Source: Candidatus Lokiarchaeum ossiferum (GTDB lineage: Archaea; Asgardarchaeota; Lokiarchaeia; Sigyniarchaeales; Promethearchaeaceae). Taken from it: DNA of 32,000 bases. The DNA lies in contig CP104013.1 of the NCBI GenBank assembly GCA_025839675.1, positions 330,001 to 362,000 of the forward strand. The letters run 5' to 3'. The stretch's first letter is position 1; each line of letters starts with the position of its first letter. The position numbers were made by a program, and so were the translations under genes. Below the pieces are notes generated by a model. That model was not told where the DNA came from, made no database searches, and was given only the letters and a program-made list of their open reading frames with translations. This document shows positions 25,821-32,000 of the stretch, piece after piece.

Positions 25821-25879
25821 TTAGTGAATATAATAAACGCCATAAATTGCTAAATTTCAAATGGAATTTAATTTGAACT
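25821..25879. repeat. 59-nt direct repeat, copy 2 (intergenic, upstream of the beta-helix gene)
   Basis: 50/59 identity to 24348-24406. On the minus strand it also reads AGT TCA AAT TAA (S S N stop), like the end of the beta-helix gene, but no ORF precedes it. Confidence 0.8.
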
Positions 25880-25998
25880 AGTCTTTTGGTTATACTCTAA
25901 AAACACTAAGCTTTAAAGAGAAAGAAGCTAATTTGAATTTAGAATATTTCATTTTTTTATACGAAATATGCTTTTAAAAACACCAATGTGATAAAATT

Positions 25999-26151
25999 AT
26001 GGCAACATGGACATGTACATTATGCGGATGGGAATATAACGAAGACGAAGGGTATGAAGATTTTGCCCCTGGAACCAAATTTGAAGATTTACCTGAAGAT
26101 TTCGAATGTCCCGTTTGTGGGGCTAGTAAAGAAGATTTTGAAAAGAATTAA
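25999..26151 (+). CDS. rub: rubredoxin (50 aa; the ORF track reports the wrong frame here)
   Basis: [50 protein letters not shown] is the classic rubredoxin pattern: W-x-C-x2-CG-x-Y...G-x4-PGT-x-F-x2-LP-x2-CP-x-CGA-x-K-x2-F. SD-like GTGAT lies 8 nt upstream. Confidence 0.9.
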   Translation: MATWTCTLCGWEYNEDEGYEDFAPGTKFEDLPEDFECPVCGASKEDFEKN

Positions 26152-26169
26152 TTTCATTGGAAATTCGAA

Positions 26170-26177
26170 TTTTTTTT
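26170..26177 (+). terminator. oligo-T tract (T8) 19 nt after the rubredoxin stop
   Basis: GAATTTTTTTTATTC directly downstream of the rubredoxin TAA. Confidence 0.3.
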
Positions 26178-26202
26178 ATTCTGTATTCCTTTTTACTCTT
26201 TA

Positions 26203-27057
26203 ATGATAATAGCAATTTTTGCTATGATTGGTCGCATAATTCTTCTAGGATTTGAGCGCATTTTATTTAAAAAAGCAGGAAAAGATCAAAACTCTTTGGT
26301 TTCAACATTTTGGTTATTCGGTCTAGCGGCAGTTTTTCAAATCCCCCTTTTATTTATTTACCCTTTTACATTCCAAGATTTCTTAAATGCAGCCCCAAGT
26401 GCAGGAATTTACACTATTACATTCTCGATATATGTTTATGTGCTTTCAAATTATGAAGTTTCCTTAGTAACTCCTTTTTACAATTTCAATGTGTTCTTTT
26501 TGTTATTGTTGTCTGTCATTTTTCTTGATGAAGCATTTACAATCTTCAAAATTCTGGGTATATTTTTACTTTTCTTTGGTACTATATTTCTAAATAAGAA
26601 TGAAAGTATATTAGAATCCTTTAAATCAGTTTATAAGAACCGAGGCTGCCAGTTAATGATTGTGGTATCTTTACTAATGGCAGTGGGTCGAGTACTTGAT
26701 CGGAATATGATAGAAGAAACATCCCCTCCAATCTATTCCTTTGCCCTATATTTCTTAACGGGATTGTATATTGGAATTATTTTACTATTTCAACGAAAAG
26801 GGAAACTAATTGTTGAGTCATTTAAGTCCCAACCGAAAGAATTTTTAGCTGGTGGAGCGGCAAATGCGTATTCCTATTTATTTCTGTTAATTGCTTTTAC
26901 TGAAATGGAAGTTTCCGTAGCGGAGCCTTTATCTATGCTGTCAGTTATCTTGTCAATCATCCTATCTTATTTCTTTTTTAAAGAAAAAATAAAAAATCGA
27001 CTTATTGGAGCATTGATCATGTTTTCTGGTGCAATTTTGCTTGTAATAGGAATTTAA
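26203..27057 (+). CDS. EamA/DMT-superfamily membrane transporter (about 10 TM)
   Basis: 284 aa with two internally similar five-helix halves. Its stop overlaps the stop of the convergent gene (27054-27057). Confidence 0.65.
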   Translation: MIIAIFAMIGRIILLGFERILFKKAGKDQNSLVSTFWLFGLAAVFQIPLLFIYPFTFQDFLNAAPSAGIYTITFSIYVYVLSNYEVSLVTPFYNFNVFFLLLLSVIFLDEAFTIFKILGIFLLFFGTIFLNKNESILESFKSVYKNRGCQLMIVVSLLMAVGRVLDRNMIEETSPPIYSFALYFLTGLYIGIILLFQRKGKLIVESFKSQPKEFLAGGAANAYSYLFLLIAFTEMEVSVAEPLSMLSVILSIILSYFFFKEKIKNRLIGALIMFSGAILLVIGI

Positions 27058-29165
27058 TAGTAATTATGGAGTAACGCCTTTATACCCTCAAGTGATTGTG
27101 TTGGATTTGCGCAAATGAAATTGTGACATAAAAACGCAGTGAACGGGGCTCCAGGCAAATGAGATTTTTCTTTTAACCGCGAAATTGAGGCATTTTCACT
27201 ACCAAAATAAGTTACTAAAAATGGAATGTAGAATTCTCTCAGCATTTTTTTAATTTCTTTTTTACTATTAGCATTTGTATTATCGATAAGAACTGTGAGC
27301 TCATCAAATCCATTACGAGCTAATTGAAAAGCCATTAGTAAAGAACTGGAAAAATCCGGATGATTCTCGGCCATTTCAAACTGACGACTTATGATTGAAT
27401 TTGCGATCAAGTGGAAATCTTCATTATGGAAGAAATAGTGATACCGTAATAAATTTTCAGCCATAATCGCGCTTGGACTTGGTAGTGGCATGTCCATTTC
27501 TTTGATTGGACGGATTGATATGTCATTAACTGTATGATCTGTATAAAAAAAAGTCTTTGACTCATAATCGTAGAAATTATTAATAACATATTTCATCAAA
27601 AGCTCAAGTAATGCAAAATCGGAGTGCTGATAAAAAATACTATAACGATCTAAAATTCCTTGAATGAAATAAGCATAATCATCTAAATTTCCGGGAATTT
27701 TCGCTTGGCTTTCAGTAAAGATACGAAACATCTGGCCCGTAGCATAATTCACAATATTTTCCTCAAAAAATCCAAAAAGTTTAGCGGTCATTTGGAGTAT
27801 TTTTGATCCATATTCTTCATCTTCAAATATCCGATGAGCTGAAAATAACCCATGGAGTAGTAATCCATTCCATGAAGAAATTACTTTAGAATCCTTACTC
27901 GGAGAAATTCGATTGCTCCGATGATGAAGTAATTTTTCTTTAATTTTAGTTAATTGCATGTTTTCTTCGAGATCAACGGAATTTGATTCCACATCACGAG
28001 TTTTATTAGAGTTAGATTGTTTCACGGTGAGAATATTTAAATTATTATCAAAATTTCCTTGTACTGAAATATTGTATTTTTCAAAGAATTCTTCTTGCTC
28101 TTGCTCATCTAAGAGCGCTTTTAATTCGGAGATGGACCAACCATAATATTTCCCTTCTTTTCCTTCAGAATCGGCATCCATAGCGGAGAAAAATCCACCT
28201 GAAGGATCTTTCATTTCAGATTGTATCCAAAAAATAATTTCTTTTACAATCGCTTTGAACTCAGGCTCTTTAAAATATAAATATGCCTCAGAATATGCCA
28301 CTAAAGCCATTGCATTATCATATAACATTTTTTCAAAATGGGGGATTGTCCACTTTGCATCAACAGAATATCGATGAAATCCTCCACCGATGTGATCATA
28401 AATTCCCCCACTTGCCATTTTTCTTAAAGAATGAAGTATATTGCGCTTCAAATCTGCATGTAAGCTCGGTAAACTATTTTTAATAGAATTTAATTCTCTT
28501 AGTAAGAATACATAGGTTGGAAAATTGGGAAATTTCGGAGATTTTCCAAAACCTCCGTGGATTTCATCAAAATTTTGCTGAATTTTGGTCAGGATTTTCT
28601 CTATTTGGGGAGAATAATTAATCTCATTTAGTTTTACATCACTTTTCTCTTTCCCATTGGACCTTTTGAATATATTTTCAACATACGAGAGTATTTTAAT
28701 ACCTTGTTCCTCGATTTCTTGAGGTTGGGATTTATATATAGCAACTAATTTATGCAGTAATTCTTCAAACCCTATACGTCCAAAATTTGTTTGCTTTGGA
28801 AAATAAGTTCCTACATACATTGGCTTATTATTCGGAGTTAAAAATACGCTTAGCGGCCATCCTCCTTGGACACCCATAACTTGTCCCAAAGTTTGGTAGA
28901 CATGATCAATATCCGGTCGTTCCTCACGATCAATCTTGATTGAAATAAAGTGATGATTTAAAATTTTAGCGATTTTAGGATCTTCAAAGGATTCATGGGC
29001 CATTACATGACACCAATGGCACGAACTATATCCAATTGAAAGAAATATGAGTTTTTTTTCTGACATGGCTCGCTTTATCGCAGAAGATGAATAAGAAACC
29101 CAATTAACAGGATTCTCTGCGTGTTGTTTTAAATAGGGGGAAGTTTCAAATTGTAACTGATTCAT
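27054..29165 (-). CDS. DUF255 thioredoxin-domain protein with (alpha/alpha)6-barrel C-terminal region (YyaL/SPATA20-like)
   Basis: The N-terminal block NWVSYSSSAIKRAMSEKKLIFLSIGYSSCHWCHVMAHESFEDPKIAKILNHHFISIKIDREERPDIDHVY is the well-conserved signature of this family. The total length of about 700 aa also fits. Confidence 0.85.
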   Translation of the reverse strand: MNQLQFETSPYLKQHAENPVNWVSYSSSAIKRAMSEKKLIFLSIGYSSCHWCHVMAHESFEDPKIAKILNHHFISIKIDREERPDIDHVYQTLGQVMGVQGGWPLSVFLTPNNKPMYVGTYFPKQTNFGRIGFEELLHKLVAIYKSQPQEIEEQGIKILSYVENIFKRSNGKEKSDVKLNEINYSPQIEKILTKIQQNFDEIHGGFGKSPKFPNFPTYVFLLRELNSIKNSLPSLHADLKRNILHSLRKMASGGIYDHIGGGFHRYSVDAKWTIPHFEKMLYDNAMALVAYSEAYLYFKEPEFKAIVKEIIFWIQSEMKDPSGGFFSAMDADSEGKEGKYYGWSISELKALLDEQEQEEFFEKYNISVQGNFDNNLNILTVKQSNSNKTRDVESNSVDLEENMQLTKIKEKLLHHRSNRISPSKDSKVISSWNGLLLHGLFSAHRIFEDEEYGSKILQMTAKLFGFFEENIVNYATGQMFRIFTESQAKIPGNLDDYAYFIQGILDRYSIFYQHSDFALLELLMKYVINNFYDYESKTFFYTDHTVNDISIRPIKEMDMPLPSPSAIMAENLLRYHYFFHNEDFHLIANSIISRQFEMAENHPDFSSSLLMAFQLARNGFDELTVLIDNTNANSKKEIKKMLREFYIPFLVTYFGSENASISRLKEKSHLPGAPFTAFLCHNFICANPTQSLEGIKALLHNYY

Positions 29166-29344
29166 TGTTTAATAATCACACACTATTTGATGTATAACAA
29201 CCTATACCTTACAATTTGAAAAGAGAAAATTGCAATCTAATATGAATTATAATGTTTAGGATAAATTTCCATTTGGGGATTTATGGAAGACTTCATATAT
29301 ACAATCTTGTCTAATAGGAAGTGTAAAAGAAAGAAGTGAAAAAT

Positions 29345-29905
29345 ATGGATGTAAATGTTGCATTAGAAAAAAGACGAGCGTATCGGTCGCTAACTAACGT
29401 CGAAATTTCAGATGAAATAGTAGAAAAATTGGGAAAAGCCGCTCAATTGATGCCCAGCTGTTTCAATAAACAACCTTGGAGATTTGTTTTTGTTAAAGAT
29501 GATCCTAATTTAAATCGATTAAAGGAAGAAGCATTAAATGAAGGAAACCGATGGGCAAAAGAATCTTCTATGATAATTGCAGTATTCACAAAAAAAGATT
29601 TGGATTGTGTGATAAAAGATCGAGAATATTACATGTTTGACACAGGTATGGCCGTTTCCGCGATTTTACTACGAGCAACAGAATTGGATTTGGTCGCTCA
29701 TCCAATTGCAGGATATTCTCCAGAAAAAGTCAAAGAAATATTAGAAATTCCAGATGAGTATACAGTAATTACCCTCTTAATCATTGGAAAAAAAAATGCA
29801 GAAATTCCAGATTATTTTGATGATTGGAAACGTAAAGCTGAAAGTACCCGACCAGAACGATTGAAATTGAAGGAATTTGTTTTTACAAATAAATTCCGAT
29901 CATAA
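29345..29905 (+). CDS. nitroreductase-family flavoprotein
   Basis: The N-terminal LEKRRAYRS and SCFNKQPWRF motifs are typical of the FMN nitroreductase fold. The ATG at 29345 is preferred over the GTG at 29336. Confidence 0.75.
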   Translation: MDVNVALEKRRAYRSLTNVEISDEIVEKLGKAAQLMPSCFNKQPWRFVFVKDDPNLNRLKEEALNEGNRWAKESSMIIAVFTKKDLDCVIKDREYYMFDTGMAVSAILLRATELDLVAHPIAGYSPEKVKEILEIPDEYTVITLLIIGKKNAEIPDYFDDWKRKAESTRPERLKLKEFVFTNKFRS

Positions 29906-29939
29906 ATTTTTTTAAAGTTATATGATTTGGTGAATAAAA

Positions 29940-31112
29940 ATGCCTAAAAATATATGTGGAAAGTGTCATCATATTTATGACTCTCCGTTAGCTGGAAAAT
30001 GTCCTAATTGCAATTCACCAACAGGACAAACCTTTGATTTTCAGAACGATGATACTTTTCTTAATGAAAGTATACCTAAAATTTTAGAGGAACGCAAAGA
30101 ATTTGGATTAGAAGGCCTAGTCAAGGGATTAAATTGTATAATTATTAATACAGAACCGGAAAAACATCGTGCAGCGGTTGAAGAATTGCTGAAATACACG
30201 GGTTTTCAATTTAAATACACTTATGAATGGAATCAAGTACTCACAAGTGTATTATCATGCAAAAATTCACCAGATTTATTAATCCAATCCCGAAAGTTAG
30301 AAACAAATCCTTTTAGAATCTATAACAATGGAAAAAAGATTCACAATTTGCCCAACACTCGATTAGAGACTTTTGTATTCGCAACTGATCATTTGGATAA
30401 CTATGTCAAAAAGCAGAAAGCTCGGGGAATATCGTTTTTGACCGATGAGATATTAAACACAAGTAATTACTCCTTTATTCAGAGTAAACCCACACCTTAT
30501 ATGGGAATTTCATATGGTTTTATCGAATGGAAGGATCCAACCCACGATTATTATTCGGATGAAGCCTCAGAACTAAATTGGAATCTCGAAAAACCCTCTC
30601 AAAATTATTTGAAAAATATTGGTCGCTTGGATCATACTGCTACTCGTGTACGAGCAAAGGATCGAGATGCTGCGATAATTGAATTTATGAAATATACGAA
30701 TTATAACTTTGATTTTGCCGTTTATGTAAAACATTTAAATTCAATAACAAGTGTGGCTCGATTGTCCGCAACCGATTTTGCCATGGTATTTACCTCCGGA
30801 ATCACAGCATTTGAAAATATTACAAAATCAGGACCGACAGAAGGTTTTATTTATAATTATGGTACGCGAACTCATCACATGGCCTTCGATACGACAAATA
30901 TTGAAGATACTTTCAGTGAATTGCAAAATAACAAGATGGATTTCTTAATTGATTTAGTAGGATCGCGCGAAGAAGGATTAAAGCAGACTTTTTCAGCTCA
31001 ATCACCGAACACTATGTTGGTGAATGAATATATACACAGGTATGATGATTTCGACGGCTTTTTCACTAAGAGTAATGTTACAGATCTCACAAAATCAACT
31101 GAAAAGCAATAA
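29940..31112 (+). CDS. zinc-ribbon plus VOC-superfamily, 4-hydroxyphenylpyruvate-dioxygenase-like protein
   Basis: N-terminal CGKC...CPNC ribbon. The C-terminal half has HPPD-like metal-ligand blocks: LDHTATRV, GTRTHHMAFDT and VNEYIHRYDDFDGFF (compare FFEIIQR..GFG.GNF in HPPDs). SD-like GGTGA lies 8 nt upstream. Confidence 0.55.
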   Translation: MPKNICGKCHHIYDSPLAGKCPNCNSPTGQTFDFQNDDTFLNESIPKILEERKEFGLEGLVKGLNCIIINTEPEKHRAAVEELLKYTGFQFKYTYEWNQVLTSVLSCKNSPDLLIQSRKLETNPFRIYNNGKKIHNLPNTRLETFVFATDHLDNYVKKQKARGISFLTDEILNTSNYSFIQSKPTPYMGISYGFIEWKDPTHDYYSDEASELNWNLEKPSQNYLKNIGRLDHTATRVRAKDRDAAIIEFMKYTNYNFDFAVYVKHLNSITSVARLSATDFAMVFTSGITAFENITKSGPTEGFIYNYGTRTHHMAFDTTNIEDTFSELQNNKMDFLIDLVGSREEGLKQTFSAQSPNTMLVNEYIHRYDDFDGFFTKSNVTDLTKSTEKQ

Positions 31113-31153
31113 ATATCCCAAAAATTTTTTTTACAATTCTTCACTAATTACAA

Positions 31154-31495
31154 TTATCCGAAAGTTCCATGATGTTTTCCCCAATTTTCAGGAGAAATAT
31201 CCATGAAATTAACATCAATATTCGATTTCAGAAGACCATAGGTAGAAAGAATCTCACAAATCGTTGTTGATAGGGTATTATTCACGGGTAAAGAAAATCC
31301 TCCAATGCTGCGAATTTCAATAAAAGCAAAAATTGATGGATTTCCTGCGCGAATCATAGTTTGAGAAGAACGAATTGAAACTGTAACATATTTTTCAGGT
31401 TTAGAAAGACCCTTAGCGACTGCTTTTGATAATTCTTGACCTAACAAATTTGGATCAGATATTTCCGCGTTGGTTTCCAAGAGAACTGCTGGCAT
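31154..31495 (-). CDS. MIF / D-dopachrome-tautomerase-family tautomerase (Pro-1 enzyme)
   Basis: From the internal ATG at 31495 it reads MPAVLLETNAEISDPNLLGQELSKAVAKGLSKPEKYVTVSI...IRSIGG...NFMDISPENWGKHHGTF. This is colinear with the MIF hallmarks MP-x-f-x-v-x-TN, KP-x-x-Y-i-x-V, SIG and G-x-n-x-s-TF. The extra 6 codons (MHLDYF) in the ORF track would bury the catalytic Pro-1. Confidence 0.8.
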   Translation of the reverse strand: MPAVLLETNAEISDPNLLGQELSKAVAKGLSKPEKYVTVSIRSSQTMIRAGNPSIFAFIEIRSIGGFSLPVNNTLSTTICEILSTYGLLKSNIDVNFMDISPENWGKHHGTFG

Positions 31496-31582
31496 AAAAT
31501 AATCAAGGTGCAATCCAATTTTTAATCTTTTTATTGATCAACAACTAAATTATATTCAGCTTCGAAATTTAGAGAGATTAAA

Positions 31583-32000
31583 ATGATAGAAAATAAACCT
31601 TGGTTCAAATTTTATGGAGATGTCCCACATTCGATTGATGTTCCGAATATTATTTTATATGATAAACTTGTTTTGACAACAAAAGAATTTCCAAACAATA
31701 TCGCTTGGGATTTTATGGGAACAACTTATACCTATGCCCAATTTTTAAAAGATATTGATCTTTTTGCAAACGCCTTAGCTGCAATAGGTTTTAAAAAAGG
31801 AGATACTATCACAATAAGTATGCCCACCGCACCAAATGGCATCATCCCAATATATGCAGTCAATAAATTAGGTGGAATTTGTTCTATGATTCACCCCTTA
31901 AGTCCCTCACCCCAAATTAAGATGTTCCTTAATATGTCCAAAAGTAAATTTGCAATCACTTTAGATGCTTTTTATAAACCGTTTAAGGAAATATTGCATG
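31583..32000 (+). CDS. AMP-dependent synthetase/ligase (acyl-CoA ligase family), 3'-partial
   Basis: MIENKPWFKFYGDVPHSIDVP...TYAQFLKDIDLFANALAAIGFKKGDTITISMPTAPNGIIPIYAVNKLGGICSMIHP is a typical N-terminal region of long-chain/aryl acyl-CoA ligases. It runs off the window. Confidence 0.8.
   Translation, partial: MIENKPWFKFYGDVPHSIDVPNIILYDKLVLTTKEFPNNIAWDFMGTTYTYAQFLKDIDLFANALAAIGFKKGDTITISMPTAPNGIIPIYAVNKLGGICSMIHPLSPSPQIKMFLNMSKSKFAITLDAFYKPFKEILH

Noticed and set aside
25988-26203. 71-aa ORF from the track ([16 protein letters not shown]...)
   Set aside because: It is in the wrong reading frame. The same DNA encodes a perfect 50-aa rubredoxin in the frame starting at 25999, and the 71-aa product runs through the T-rich terminator region and has no recognisable features.
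27054-27057. Overlapping stop codons of convergent genes (ATTTAATAG)
   Set aside because: This is a common consequence of compact AT-rich genomes (TAA/TTA palindromy) and needs no functional interpretation.
31496-31513. Six extra N-terminal codons (MHLDYF) on the MIF-like ORF
   Set aside because: MIF/tautomerase-superfamily enzymes use Pro-1, exposed after Met removal. The internal Met-Pro at 31495 gives the canonical MP... start, so the longer ORF is an ORF-caller extension.
1-32000. Search for tRNA/rRNA genes, CRISPR arrays, IS elements, integrases, toxin-antitoxin pairs and known defence genes
   Set aside because: No GC-rich structured islands of tRNA size, no regularly spaced direct repeats and no transposase/integrase-like ORFs were seen by eye. 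A tRNAscan, Infernal or CRISPR-finder run would be needed to exclude small elements formally.

Overview
Strongly AT-rich, densely coding prokaryotic window with about 32 protein genes. I found no rRNA, tRNA, CRISPR array or recognisable IS/transposase. The gene content fits an anaerobic, amino-acid/2-oxoacid-oxidising, H2-linked lifestyle: P5C dehydrogenase, two-subunit 2-oxoacid:ferredoxin oxidoreductase, an [FeFe]-hydrogenase-like protein with a [2Fe-2S] partner, an HdrD-like Fe-S protein and an acyl-CoA ligase. There is also a heavy load of O2/thiol-redox defence genes: desulfoferrodoxin-type SOR, rubrerythrin, rubredoxin, a peroxiredoxin-like protein, nitroreductase, a disulfide reductase, a DUF255 thioredoxin-domain protein and an MBL-rhodanese fusion. 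T-tract terminators, TATA-like AT boxes close to start codons, a 3'-UTR stem-loop behind a UGA-containing gene, an LRR protein, a MIF-like tautomerase and longin/roadblock-like domains lead me to suspect an uncultivated archaeon, possibly Asgard/Loki-like; this is inference only. Most notable observations: (1) a peroxiredoxin-like gene (9347-9874) split in the ORF track by an in-frame TGA exactly at the redox-Cys position (UxxC), so a predicted selenoprotein, with a nested stem-loop in its 3' UTR as a SECIS candidate; (2) a tandem pair of paralogous about 430-aa genes (6547-9162) of unknown function that seem to combine a degenerate Mrr/PD-(D/E)xK-like core with a C-terminal longin/roadblock-like domain; (3) an [FeFe]-hydrogenase-like gene with variant H-cluster motifs; (4) convergent MIF-like tautomerase and zinc-ribbon/HPPD-like dioxygenase genes; (5) 59-nt direct repeats flanking a beta-helix surface-protein gene, next to a truncated Rossmann-fold gene relic; (6) two small metal-binding genes missed or mis-framed by the ORF track (rubredoxin 25999-26151; 39-aa zinc ribbon 21349-21468).
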